This document shows, piece by piece, positions 1-12,384 of a stretch of DNA of 64,000 bases. Numbering within the stretch: position 1 is the stretch's first letter; every line of letters begins with the position of its first letter. The notes below the pieces were generated by a model. That model was not told where the DNA came from and did no database searches. It saw only the letters and a list, made by a program, of their open reading frames with translations. Location of the stretch: positions 10,416,001 through 10,480,000 of the forward strand of contig OX597835.1 in the NCBI GenBank assembly GCA_951406725.2, in the 5' to 3' direction. The translations under genes and the position numbers were made by a program. The DNA is from Octopus vulgaris (taxonomy: Eukaryota).

Positions 1-20
1 ATATATATATATATATATAT

Positions 21-161
21 CTTTATTTAAAAGCAGCAGAAATTCAACAAAACCTGTTACTCGGAGTTTCACGTTCCTGTTTGTTGGACAGTTTTAACAA
101 AACGGGAACGTGAAACTCTGAGTAACAGGTTTTGTTGAATTTCTGCTGCTTTTAAATAAAG
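21..161. repeat. Palindrome, ~65-bp arms, next to (TA)n; probable Penelope-like remnant
   Basis: 21-85 is the reverse complement of 96-161 with few mismatches. Confidence 0.85.
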
Positions 162-970
162 CGTATTACTCTACCCCTGGTATTTGAGTACTCTTTTTTC
201 CACCTTGTTTCATATTTATGTGTTTACTCCGGTATATATATATATATATGTATAAATGAGTGTGTGTGTGCATGTATGTATAATTGCTCGAAATGCGGAC
301 TAGATAAAACAGCCGACAATTGATGAAGGGTTGTTCTTTATGTTACTTCCTTGTTTTCCATTTGTTTCTTTCATTGTTCATAAAAAAAAGTTCTTATTCC
401 ATGTTTTCGTATTTCATATTTCATGTTGTTTACGTTCTATGATGTCCTGTACTCATATATGCATATGTATATACATATATATGTAAGTAGACACAGAAGT
501 GGTTGTGTGGTAAGTAGCTTGCTTACCAACCACATAGTTCAAGGTTCAGTCCCACTGTGTGGCACCTTGGGCAAGTGTCTTCTACTATAGCCTTCGGCTG
601 ACCAAAGCCATGTGAGTGGATTTGGTAGATGGAAACTGAAAGAAGCTCGTCGTATATATATGTATGTATATGTTTGTGTGTCTGTACTTGTCCCCCCCAA
701 ACCAAACATCGCTTGACAACCAATGCTGGTGTGTTTAAAATTTTTTCTTGAGAACATTTCTTAGTGGTGTTCCAAACATAGCGGATCTATTTCTAGCATA
801 AGGGTGTCCACATAGTGGTTTCCCTCTAATATGTATACAATACAATTTTACTGAACCTTCAGTTTTTTTTATATGCTAGACCACTGGTGTGAAATCGATG
901 TTAATTAAATTAATATCTAATTTCTTACCCTCATTTTAAATTTATATATGTATATATATATATATATATA

Positions 971-1385
971 GGCGCAGGAGTGGCTGTATGGTAAGTAGCT
1001 TGTTTACCAACCACATCGTTCTGGGTTCAGTCCCACTGCGTGGCACCTTGGGCAAGTGTCTTCTTCTCTAGCCTCGGGCCGACCAAAGCCTTGTGAGTGG
1101 ATTTGGTAGATGGAAACTGAAAGAAGCCCGTCGTATATATGTATATATATGCGTGTGTGTGTTTGTGTGTCTGTGTTTGTCCCCCTAGCATTGCTTGACA
1201 ACCGATGCTGGTGTGTTTATGTCCCCGTTACTTAGCGGTTCAGCAAAAGAGACCGATAGAATAAGTACTGGGCTTACAAAAAAAAGAATAAGTCCCGGGG
1301 TCGAGTTGCTCGACTAAAGGCGGTGCTCCAGCATGGCTGCAGTCAAATGACTGAAACAAGTAAAAGAGCAAAAAAGTAAAGAGAG
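971..1385 (+). mobile_element. tRNA-derived SINE family A (internal microsatellite, GTAAAAGA tail)
   Basis: A-box TGGCTGTxTGG, B-box GGTTCAGTCCC; many near-identical copies in the window; partial copy at ~496-735. Confidence 0.9.
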
Positions 1386-1982
1386 AGTATATATCAAAAG
1401 TTAGACAGAGAAGGGGAAAATAGATGAAAATTGGACAAAAACATAAGGGACAGAAAAAGGGAGACAAAATCACAATACAAGGAACATTCGCTCCTGATTT
1501 TCTCATCAGTTGGTTTTTAACACATCTTAGCAGTTTTGTGTTATTTAAAACGAAGACCCTTATCAACGGGAGTGCCCTAAATAACTCCTGGTGTTTGAAC
1601 TGTAGGGCTTTTTCTGTTTTGGGATGTTATGCACTGACCCCGTAGCATGCCATTTCTTAACCAACATTTGTGTCATTCCCTTTGCCAGTAAGCCTTTACC
1701 TGGGAACTTGACTTCAAGAATTTCATGGAGTTTTGCTTAACAGAACCCGTGGCCGTTGCCAGCACCGCCCTGACTGGCCTTGTGCTGGTGGCACGTAAAA
1801 AGCACCATCCGATTGTGGCCATTGCCAGCCTCACCTGGCCTCTGCGCTGGTGGCACATAAAAAGCACCATCTGATTGTGGCTGTTTGCCAGCCTCGTCTG
1901 GCACTTGTGCCGGTGGCACGTAAAAAGTACCCACTACACTCATATATACTTCCACAATTTCTACTCTTTCTGCTATTGATTC

Positions 1983-2193
1983 TTTTACTCTTTTACTCTT
2001 ATTTGTTTCAGTTATTTGACTGTGGCCATGCTGGAGCACTGCCTTTAGTCGAGCAAATCGACCCCAGGACTTATTCTTTGTAAGCCTAGTACTTATTCTA
2101 TTGGTCTCTTTTGCCAACCACTAAGTTACAGGGATGTAAACACACCAGCATCAGTTGTCAAGCAATGTTGGGGGGACAAACACAGACACACAA

Positions 2194-2224
<31 letters not shown>

Positions 2225-2397
2225 CACAGGCATATATATGACAGGCTTCTTTCAGTTTCCGTCTACCAAATCCACTCACAAGGCTTTGGTCGGTTCAAGG
2301 CTATAGTAGAAGACACTTGCCCAAGGTGCCACACACTGGGACTGAACCCGGAACAATGTGGTTGGTAAGCAAGCTACTTACCACACAGCCACTCCTG
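1983..2397 (-). mobile_element. SINE family A
   Basis: Reverse-complement copy of 971-1385. Confidence 0.9.
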
Positions 2398-3215
2398 CAG
2401 CAGCAAAGGTTGGAGATGTTCAACCAGAGCAATCTCACAATCAACCAATGTGTTAAGGATGACCTAGCAAATAGTCAACTTGTGCATCTTCTTTGTTCAG
2501 CTGTTATAAAAGGTCGAAATAATGCAATGTCACCTGTAAATGAAAGGCTGAGAGGTTTATCAGGCGTGTAAATTTATTTTTGCATTTACAATACGCTGAA
2601 GACCCTGGCCTACTTTTACCTGTGCCACCTTGCATTGTATCATTCTTAAATTTTCCATTTTTTAATTTCAGGTTCTCACATGTTGCTTTACAGGTTTTGC
2701 AATTCATAATTCACTGACAACTGCCAAGCATTATCCGTCTACCAAATCCACTCACAAGGCTTTGGTCGGTTCAAGGCTATAGTAGAAGACACTTGCCCAA
2801 GGTGCCACACACTGGGACTGAACCCGGAACAATGTGGTTGGTAAGCAAGCTACTTACCACACAGCCACTCCTGCAGCAGCAAAGGTTGGAGATGTTCAAC
2901 CAGAGCAATCTCACAATCAACCAATGTGTTAAGGATGACCTAGCAAATAGTCAACTTGTGCATTTTCTTTGTTCAGCTGTTATAAAAGGTCGAAATAATG
3001 CAATGTCACCTGTAAATGAAAGGCTGAGAGGTTTATCAGGCGTATAAATTTATTTTTGCATTTACAATACACTGAAGACCCTGGCCTACTTTTACCTGTG
3101 CCACCTTGCATTGTATCATTCTTAAATTTTCTATTTTTTTAATTTCAGGTTCTCACATGTTGCTTTACAGGTTTTGCAATTCATAATTCACTGACAACTG
3201 CCAAGCATTATCCGT
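2258..3215 (+). repeat. Tandem duplication, 476/477-bp unit
   Basis: 2258-2733 is ~99% identical to 2734-3210; TCCGT at all three junctions. Confidence 0.93.
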
Positions 3216-3331
3216 TGGAACGATATTGGCATCTGAACAAAATACTATTTGTTCTTGCAAGTATTACGTTTGTGATATCCCTGTTTGGAATTATAGGATC
3301 CCTAAGAGAACACCTCAAGGTTCTGTCTGTG
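3149..3331 (+). CDS. Tetraspanin exon (end of TM1, small loop, TM2)
   Basis: ttcag|VLTCCFTGFAIHNSLTTAKHYPLERYWHLNKILFVLASITFVISLFGIIGSLREHLKVLSV|gtgagg. Confidence 0.88.
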
Positions 3332-3539
3332 GTGAGGACACTTAATATATTATGATTCCTTTTTTACTAAGTTTCAGTCTGAGAAACCGTAGTCAAGAAT
3401 TGGGTAGTTTATACCAAACTCAGCACTTTGTCTGCAACACATTGTGTAGAATGTATGTATGTATGTGTGTGTGTGTATGTATGTATGCATGCATGTATGT
3501 ATGTATGTATGTATGTGTGTGTGTGTGTGTGTGTATGTA

Positions 3540-3572
<33 letters not shown>

Positions 3573-6500
3573 GTGTGTGTGTATGTATGTATGTATGTAT
3601 GTGTGTATGTATGTATGTATGTATGTATGTAGCTGTGTATGTATGTATGTATGTATGTATGTATGTATGTATGTATGTGTGTATTTATGTATGTATGTAT
3701 GTATGTATGTATGTATGTGTATATTTATGTATGTATGTATGTATGTATGTATGTATGGATGGATGGATGGATGGATGGATAGATGTATGTATGTATGTAT
3801 GTATGTGTGTGTGTATGTATATATGTGTGTGTGTATGTATGTATGTGTGTATGTATGTGTGTGTATGTATGTATGTATGTATGTATGTGTGTGTGTATGC
3901 ATGCATGTATGTATGTGTGTATGTATCTATGTATGCATGTATGTATGTATGTGTGTGTGTATGTATGTATGTATGTGTGTGTGTATGTATGTATGTATGT
4001 ATGTGTGTATGCATGTATGTATGTATGTATGTGTGTGTGTAGGTGTGTATGTATGTATGTATGAATGGATGGATGGATGGATGCATGCATGTATGTATGT
4101 ATGGATGTATGTATGGATGCATATATGTGTGTATGTATGTATGTGTGTGTACATATGTATGTGTGTGTATATATGTATGGGTTTGAATGTATGTTTGTAT
4201 AGATGATCGATATACATACATATGTGTGTGTGCTTGTGTGTATGTATGTATATGTGTATATATATATATATGTATGAGTGTGAATATATGTCTGTATATA
4301 TGTATAGACAATCGATATACACATATATGAGTGTGTGTGTATCTGTATGTGTGTGTGTGTGTGTATGTGTGTGTGTATACATATGACAGACTTCTTTGAG
4401 TATCTGTCTATGAAATCCACTCAAAAAAGACCGACACTCGTCCATAATGCCATGCAATGGGACTGAACTCGAGACCAAGGGGTTGGGAAGCCAACCTCTT
4501 AACCGCACACCCATGCTTTCACCTACCACTTATCTATCTACATGGAGGCGCAATGGCCCAGTGGTTAGGGCATCGAACTCACGGTTATAGGATCACGGTT
4601 TCGATTCCCAGACCGGGCGTTGTGAGTGTTTATTGAGCGAAAACACCTAAAAAAAAGGTCTACAAGGCTCCAGCAGGGGATGGTGGTGATCCCTGCTGTA
4701 CTCTTTCGACACAACTTTCTCTCACTCTTACTTCCTGTTTCTGTTGTACCTGTATTTCAAGGGACCGGCCTTGTCACTCTCTGTGTCACGCTGAATATCC
4801 CCGAGAACTACGTTAAGGGTACACGTGTCTGTGGAGTGCTCAGCCACTTACACGTTAATTTCACGAGCAGGCTGTTCCGTTGATTCGGATCAACTGGAAC
4901 CCTCGTCGTCATAACTGACTGAGTGCTTCCACCATCTATCTACATATCTCTACCTTCTTTTTTTTTTCTTTCCTATTCCAGTACAAGTATTTGGTCGTTA
5001 TCACACTGCTTGCTGAAGTAATATTTAGCGTTATTCTCCTGATCTATATTTACGTACCGACTTCACGATACAACATTGAGTTTTTTCCAAAGGGATCTTT
5101 CTCATCGGATATGCAGAACTACGGTGATTTTGATGGATTTGCAATGAACCGGATTAATAGTCTGCAGGAAATGGTGAGTAATATTGAGGCAATGATTTCT
5201 CTTTTAATTCTAGATTTGAAAACTGAGTGCTTTTGTAATCTTCAAGAATTTGTAAGAAACAAGCCATAGAATGTTGTGTGTGTGTGTGTGTGTTTGTGTG
5301 TGTTGAGAATAAACGATAAAGAAATGGATGTTTCCAAAGCCATTTCAAGGCTGTCTCTCTTGTAGTACACGGTGCTGATGATTGCCAAGGATTGAGAAAT
5401 GCATTCACCATTCAGCTGAGAGAGAGAGAGAGAGAGAGAAAGAGGGGGAGAGAGAGAGAGAAAGAAAGAAAAAAAGAGTACCTTTAACCCTTTAGTGTTC
5501 AGATAATTCTGTCAAATGTGATGTTTTGTTTATTTAAAATGGTTTGAATTAATCCTGCATTATCTTGTAGTTTAGAGATTTCAGTGATGTGATTTTTTAG
5601 TTTTAGAATGACATTGTAGGATAAGTGTGAGAGGCTGGATCTGGTCAGTTTCAATATTTTGGTTGTATATGGCTGGTTTGAATGCTAAAGGGTTAAGTGA
5701 CTTTTGATGATTTTTCAACACCTATTGCCTAAAAGCTAGAAAGGTTGTCCATGACAAACCAGCATTAAATATAGTCTTTGTACAGGTGAAATGTGTTCCA
5801 AAAATATTTGAACTCATCTAAAATGTCGGTTTATTCACAACATTATCAAGCAATGTTAGACATACCTTCTATTTACCCATAACTGTTTGTGATCCATTCT
5901 TTACTTAATCAGTTTCACTGCTGTGGATTATCGGACAATGACGATGGATACATGGATTGGAGGACAACAGAACAGTTCCGATGTGATAATTCCAAATCTT
6001 GGAATAACTTGGCTTGCACCGTACCAAAGTCTTGCTGCCGTCACCCCAAGGTTTGTACAATAAAAAATTGTTTCTTGGAATTGGTTGGAATTGATAAAAA
6101 AAAATGAATCTATTTTATGTATTACTTATTTTTCCCACAGATGCACACACACACACACATGCACACACACACACACACACACACACAAGCTAACGAAGGA
6201 GGCAGTACCCAACTGTTTCAATTAATTATGAAAATAATGAATAATAGACGCAGGAGCGGCTGTGTGGTAAGTAGCTTGCTAACCAACCACATGGTTCCGG
6301 GTTCAGTCCCACTGCGTGGCATCTCGGGCAAGTGTCTTCTACTATAGCCCCGGGCCGACCAATGCCTTGTGAGCGGATTTGGTAGACGGAAACTGAAAGA
6401 AGCCTGTCGTATATATGCATATATATATGTATATGTATGTATGTGTATGTGTTTGTGTCTGTGTTTGTACCCCTTGCATTGCTTGACAACCGATGCTGGT

Positions 6501-7096
6501 GTGTTTACGTCCCCGTCACTTAGCGGTTCGGCAAAAGAGACCGATAGAATAAGTACTGGGCTTACAAAGAATAAGTCCCGGGGTCGATTTGCTCGACTAA
6601 AGGCGGTGCTCCAGCATGGCCGCAGTCAAATGACTGAAACATGTAAAAGAGTAAAAGAATTCAGTAAGATAACTTTGTGGTTATTTAGCTGATATTTGGA
6701 ACAAATTAACATGAAATTTTGGTAGAAATTTATAATTTAAAACACTTAAAAAAAACAGAAAATTTTTAACATAGCACCAGGAATGTTCTTGGAAAGTTTA
6801 GTGTGAAAAGGGTTAAATGGTGGCAGGGTTTCTCTAATTTTGGGAAAAGAGTTCTACAACAAAATATATTTGGGAATCCTTGGTCAATAGAATTCAAGAT
6901 TTGACATAAAAATGTGATAAACGCATCTGATTCTTTCCTTTTCTTTTTTTTTATTCCATGTTTGTGTTCTGGTGAAATTAAAAGTTAAACAATGCTTCTT
7001 GCGTGGATGATGTTCTGAGAAAAAGACCTGTAAGTATTTGGTTTTCTCTCTTATAATCATCATCATCATCATCATCACCATCACAATTATCACCAT

Positions 7097-7127
<31 letters not shown>

Positions 7128-7403
7128 TTCATTGTCATTTAGCATCTGTCTTCCATACTGGCATGGATTACACGATTTGATTGGAACTGGTTAGCCAGAG
7201 AGCTGTACCAGGTTCCAGTTTGATTTTGGTTTGGTTTCTACAGCTGGATGCCCATCCTAACACCAACCACTCTGAGAGTGTAGTAGGTTCGTTTACATGC
7301 CACTGGCACGAGGGCCAGTCAGGCAGTACTGGCAATGGCCACGCTCAAATGGTGCTTTTTACGTGCCACTGGCATGGGAGCCAGTCAGTGGCCCTGGCTA
7401 AAG

Positions 7404-7480
<77 letters not shown>

Positions 7481-9882
7481 CCCATGCTAGCATGGAAAGC
7501 GGACGTTAAACGATGATGATGATGATATATATATATATATATATATAAATTCATATATATATACACACACACACACACACATACATATATTATTGGCATT
7601 ATCCTGTGTTTGAGAATAAAATTATTTCCTTATCTATATCTTTCAATTGATGTATATATATATATATACACACACATACATGAATGTTTTATTTACATAA
7701 AAATGTAAATATTAAATTGGAGGATTGAAGTATGATTCAATACTTTCCACTTGAGCCTCCATTTATAAATTGTCGATCAGGAAAAAGTCAAGAGTTTCTT
7801 TGCTGTCTTCAGGGTGAGCCACGGTCTGGAAACTTTGAAGTTTCTATCAACCTTTTCCTTGTGAATATCATTGACACCCTTGAATGCCAGTCTTCCCTGC
7901 TGGCATGGTTGGACAGTTTTACAAGATCTAATAAGTTGGAGAACTACAGCAAGCTCTAATCTTTTCTTAGACATGATTGTTATGGCTGGATGCCCTTCCT
8001 AATGCCAATCACTGTATGGAGTGTATTGAGTGCATTTCCCAGAGGTGCATCACTACTAGGGCTGCCATTTAACTCACCCTGACATTGTCTACTTCTGTTG
8101 ATTTAAAACTGAAATAAATAATTTTTTTTTAATAAGCTATTATTGAATTGATATGTCATTTTTTTAATGTGCAATATTTTTAATACAAAATATATAATAA
8201 TCAATAAGTGTCACAAGAGAGTGTTACAGGAACATAGAGGAAAACAGTAAAATACGCAAGGGATGTGGAGATGTTCGACCTCTCATCGGTAGTGGATCAA
8301 ATATCATCATAATTTCGACACCTGCAATAATATTGCTCAATTTGGCAGAGTCAGCAATGAAAGCTGCTGAGATATAAATGAACAGACATAATAGACGAAC
8401 ATGAGCAGGAGATAAAATGAGACTAGCGTAGCAAGAGAAGATGAGATCTCTAAACTGGTAAATAAAGTTATGAGGAGAACAGGAACACACACACATATAT
8501 AATGAAAGAAGCAAATAAGTATTAGAAAACAATAAACAACATGGCTTTCTGTGATCATCTCCTCTCTTGAAGTTCTTCACAGATTCATTCTCTTATTCAG
8601 GTTTCAAATCCTTCAAAAGTCAAGTTTTGGCATTTCCCAATCATCACCCTGTGGCTGATGAAATGAATTCCATTATCAATATAGTTTGCATTGGAATTGA
8701 GCTGGCAGAACCTTAGGAATCTGGCAGATGAAATGCTTCATGGCATTTCATCCATCTTTGCTGCATTTTGAGCTAAAATTCTGCAGTGGTTGACTTTGGG
8801 TTTGTCTTTTCAGAATTGATAAAATAAGCACCAGCCTGGTTATGTGATCGATATAATTGACCTGTCCTTCCCCTCAAAAGCTGTTGGCTCTGTTTCAAAG
8901 TTTGAAACCAATTGGTCCAATTCCCTTCAAATTTAGAACAATCCTCTCCTAATTCCTGGTCCCTGCCTATGTGGAATGTTGTGCACGGAATAGCATCATA
9001 GACCAGTGAAGAGACATGAATTGCATGTATTTTCTTTTCTGTTTTTAGATTGATGTCCAAGACAACATCTACATACGAGGCTGTTTACAAGGATTCCACG
9101 AATGGGTAGAAATAAATGGAGTAAACATAATTGGCATCATGTTTGGCATTATTCTTCCAGAGGTAAGTCTTTTTATAAACCTTACTTAAATGAGAATGAC
9201 TTATTCACACAAAAGTTCAATTGCTCTCCAGACTGTTCTTTCATTCCTTAAGTGATCTGTTGTTAAATGATTAAATCAATTACTCAAATTTTCATCATCA
9301 GAAGGATCCATCAATGGGTTATTCAGCTTATGGTCTTGTAGCTGAGATATATTATTTTCTGGACACACCTCCTGGGGTTAAATTAAGAAGGCTAGGTTAC
9401 CTGCAAATTAACTCATAACTTAAAATTTATAATCAGAAATCATCATCAACATAGGCGCAGGAGTGGCTGTGTGGTAAGTAGCTTGCTAACCAACCACATG
9501 GTTCCGGGTTCAGTCCCACTGCGTGGCATCTTGGGCAAGTGTCTTCTGCTATAGCCCTGGGCCGACCAATGCCTTGTGAGTGGATTTGGTAGACGGACAC
9601 TGAAAGAAGCCTGTCGTATATATGTATATATATGTATGTGTGTGTGTGTTTGTGTGTCTGTGTTTGTCCCCCTAGCATTGCTTGACAACCGATGCTGGTG
9701 TGTTTACGTCCCCATCACTTAGTGGTTCGGCAAAAGAGACCGATAGAATAAGTACTGGGCTTACAAAGAATAAGTCCTGGGGTCGATTTGCTCGACTAAA
9801 GGCGGTGCTCCAGCATGGCCGCAGTCAAATGACTGAAACAAGTAAAAGAGTAAAAGAGTAAAAGAGTAACATGGAGACACCC

Positions 9883-9931
<49 letters not shown>

Positions 9932-11688
9932 GGCACATGGCTTAGTGGTTAGAGCACTGGGATCACAATTATGAGGTAGAGAGTTCGATTTCCAGACAAG
10001 GCTGTGTGTTGTGTTCTTGAGCAAGACACTTTATTTCACGTTGCTCCAGTTCACTCGACTGTAGAAACGAGTTGCAACATCATCACTGGTGCCAAGCTGT
10101 ATCACCTTTTGCCTTTCCTTTGGATAACATTGGTGGCTTGGAGAGGGGAGACTGGTATGCATGGGTGACTGCTGGTCTTCCACAAACAACCTCGTTTGGA
10201 CATGTGTCTTGGAGTGGGAACTTTCTGGGTGCAATCCCACGGTCACTTGTGACCAAAAGGGGTCTATATATATATGTAACTTTCTAGGTGGGCAAGCCAT
10301 GTTTTCACCTCTTCAGCAAGACACCTGCTCCTCTCCCTCTATCATAGAATCCCATTCCTCCATTCTATACCCCACTCAGTTGAGGGGTTTTATCTTGCAG
10401 ATACTTGGCAGCCTCACAACCACACCAGCACCTATATTTTAAATCATTATGGCGGCGAGCTGGCAGAAACGCGAAGCCGTATTTCGTCTGTCGTTACGTT
10501 CCGGTTTCAATTCCGCCGAGGTCGACTTTGCATTTCAAATTTTTGGGGTCGATAAATTAAGTACCAGTTACACACTGGGGTCGATGTAATCGACTTAATC
10601 CCTTTGCCTGTCCTTGTTTGTCCCTCTGTGTTTAGCCCCTTGTGGGTAGTAAAGAAATATATTTTTTAAATCATTACAAAAAAATTGTGGGTTAACTCTC
10701 CTTCCCTTTCTAAAAATTTTATGAGAATCTTTATATATAAAACTGAAGTTGTGTGAAAGTCTGTCTCCTCCGATTTAGATTCCTAACTACTCCCACATTT
10801 TGCGGTGCAGTTTAACCAAAAGCGGGTATCTTATAGTCGTGATTCATATAGAGTCCTTCTGGGTATTAGCGCGCGTCTACGATGTGTCTACGATTTAAAA
10901 AAAAATTTACCATCATTGTTTCGGTTTTTTAATGCATTTTTTGCTCGGTTTATATAAGGGAAGTAACTCTCTAAAAATGCTTATATAGTTATTTCCCTTA
11001 CAAACCCGAGCAACGCTGGGCGATACTGCTAGTTTAAAATAAAAATGCTGAATTTCTACAATGATGCAGATATGTAGCAATTGATTTCATAAGCCTAGAT
11101 ATGAACCTGTGATTCCCTCAACCTATATTTGAACCACTGACTTTCTGGGCCTAGATTTCAACCAGTAACTTCCTGAGCCAAGATTTGAACCAGTGACTTC
11201 TTCAGCCTAGATTTAAACTAGGGCTTCTTCAGCCTAGATTTGAACCAGTGACTTCTTGAGCCTAGATTTGAACCAGTGACTTCCTGAGCTAGCTTTTTGC
11301 CAGTGACTTCCTGAGCCTAGATCTGAACCAGTGACTTCCTAATCCTGGATTTGAACCAGTGACTTCCTGAGCCTAGATTTAAATCAGTGAGTTCTTCAGT
11401 CTAAATTTGAACCAGTGACTTCCTGAGCATAGCTTTGAACCAGTGACTTCCTGAGCCTAGATTTGAACCAGTGAGTTCTTCAGCCTAAATTTGAACCAGT
11501 GACTTCCTGAGCCTAGATCTGAACCAGTAACTATTTGAAGTTAAGTTTTCTGTAACCAAATCATTATTCTTTGTTTCATTTGTTTTTAGATTGTGTTGTT
11601 GGTGTTAGCAACCATTTTGATGAATCAAATAACAAGGCAACTCGCTAAATGGGAAGACTCCGAGACTGGCAGCATAACCAGCTGCTGA
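3149..11688 (+). CDS. Tetraspanin, eight-cysteine large loop (TspanC8-like), 5'-incomplete
   Basis: Six phase-0 GT-AG exons: 3149-3331, 4982-5173, 5913-6050, 6985-7029, 9049-9162, 11590-11688. Motifs: FGIIGSLRE (TM2), FHCCG, DW, VPKSCC, IYIRGC, TM4, then stop. First coding exon not identified. Confidence 0.9.
3451..4385. repeat. Long compound microsatellite (GTAT/GT/GGAT)
   Basis: ~930 bp of simple repeats; source of the MYVC/HTYI pseudo-ORFs. Confidence 0.97.
4543..4932 (+). mobile_element. tRNA-derived SINE family B
   Basis: GGAGGCGCAATGGCCCAGTGGTTAGG...GGTTTCGATTCCC head; other copies at ~36535-36703(-) and ~38283-38560(+). Confidence 0.85.
4982..5173 (+). CDS. Tetraspanin exon (TM3, start of large loop)
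   Basis: ttccag|YKYLVVITLLAEVIFSVILLIYIY...MNRINSLQEM|gtgagt. Confidence 0.9.
5488..5692. mobile_element. piggyBac-type MITE (CCCTTTAG...CTAAAGGG, TTAA flanks)
   Basis: TTAA|CCCTTTAG...CTAAAGGG|TTAA; relatives at 15959-16167, ~16170-16376, 29672-29883, ~25623. Confidence 0.8.
5913..6050 (+). CDS. Tetraspanin exon (CCG motif)
   Basis: atcag|FHCCGLSDNDDGYMDWRTTEQFRCDNSKSWNNLACTVPKSCCRHPK|gtttgt. Confidence 0.93.
6247..6658 (+). mobile_element. SINE family A
   Basis: Full-length copy. Confidence 0.9.
6985..7029 (+). CDS. Tetraspanin 45-nt micro-exon
   Basis: aaag|LNNASCVDDVLRKRP|gtaagt; supplies the otherwise missing loop cysteine; the acceptor is the first AG after a pyrimidine tract. Confidence 0.7.
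9049..9162 (+). CDS. Tetraspanin exon (GC motif, start of TM4)
   Basis: ttttag|IDVQDNIYIRGCLQGFHEWVEINGVNIIGIMFGIILPE|gtaagt. Confidence 0.92.
9453..9868 (+). mobile_element. SINE family A
   Basis: Full-length copy with (GTAAAAGA)3 tail. Confidence 0.9.
10451..10660 (+). mobile_element. SINE family C (GGCGGCGAGCTGGCAGAA head)
   Basis: tRNA-like head plus core GTCGACTTTGCCTTTCATCCTTTCGGGGTCGATAAATTAAGTACC. Approximate copies: 18866-19190, 19945-20172, 26323-26476, 30014-30241, 39395-39808, 44808-45045, 46277-46425, 49457-49673, 51250-51478, 51930-52158, 61950-62398. Confidence 0.85.
10728..11032 (+). mobile_element. Non-autonomous Helitron
   Basis: A|TC start, CTAG|T end, subterminal hairpin CCCGAGCAACGCTGGG, no TSD. 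Confidence 0.85.
11092..11530. repeat. 28-bp minisatellite (~16 units)
   Basis: Unit GCCTAGATTTGAACCAGTGACTTCCTGA. Confidence 0.92.
11590..11688 (+). CDS. Tetraspanin last coding exon
   Basis: ttttag|IVLLVLATILMNQITRQLAKWEDSETGSITSC*. Confidence 0.88.
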   Translation: MVLLVLATILMNQITRQLAKWEDSETGSITSC

Positions 11689-11841
11689 ATGGACCTCTGA
11701 AAATTTGAATGTATATACATGTTTTTTGTTATTTTGTTTTAAAGCCAAAACAATGCAAGGTTGATGGTTTTACTTGGTAAGCACCTGTGCTGGTGTCATG
11801 TAAAAAGCACCCAGTGCACTCTGCAAAGCGATTGGCATTAA

Positions 11842-12384
11842 CCCTTTCCTTACCATATTTATTTTGAGATGCTCTGTGTTTCTTTCAATTACGTTAAATA
11901 TAACAAAGAGTTTAGTAAAATAACTTAGTTATCATTCAGCTAGTGTTAGGAACATAAATTGTGACTAAGGTTTGGTGGAAGATTTTAATTCAAAACTTAT
12001 AAAAACAAATCATTTGTACTACAGAGCCAGCGGTGGTTTCAGCCGGGTTGGTATCGAAAGGGTTAAACACACCTCTACATTTGGGCTGATGCACATTAGA
12101 AGCAGTTGGAAGGGTGCAGATTGAAGGAAATTTAGGCTATTATTTCTGATTATTTTTCTTCTTAACCCTTTCGTTACTGTATTTATTTTGAGATGCTCTG
12201 TGTTTCTTTCAATTAATTTTAAATGATAAAGAATTTAGTAAAATAACTTAGTTATCATTCAGCTAGTGTTAGGAACATAAATTGTGACTAAGGTTTGGTG
12301 GAAGATTTTAATTCAAAACTTATGAAAACAAGACATTTGTACTCAAAGCAAGAGCCGGTTTCAGGCGGGTTGGTAATGAAAGGG
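11842..12384. mobile_element. Two piggyBac-type MITEs (11842-12062, 12166-12384)
   Basis: TTAA|CCCTTTC...GAAAGGG|TTAA, ~220 bp each. Confidence 0.85.

Noticed and set aside
1495-1520. CUGAUGAG on the - strand
   Set aside because: No suitably placed GAAA or stems for a hammerhead
3352-4529. Long ORFs rich in MYVC or HTYI
   Set aside because: Translations of a compound microsatellite
4543-4620. tRNA-like sequence with A and B boxes
   Set aside because: Continues into a repeated SINE body with no terminator; a SINE head, not a tRNA gene
8230-8290. Candidate for the missing cysteine exon (KGCGDV)
   Set aside because: The AG-defined phase-0 frame hits TAA; 6985-7029 fits phase and motif better
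8224-8580. Hydrophobic - strand ORF inside a tetraspanin intron (possible nested gene)
   Set aside because: No recognisable motif or partner exons; unsupported without expression data
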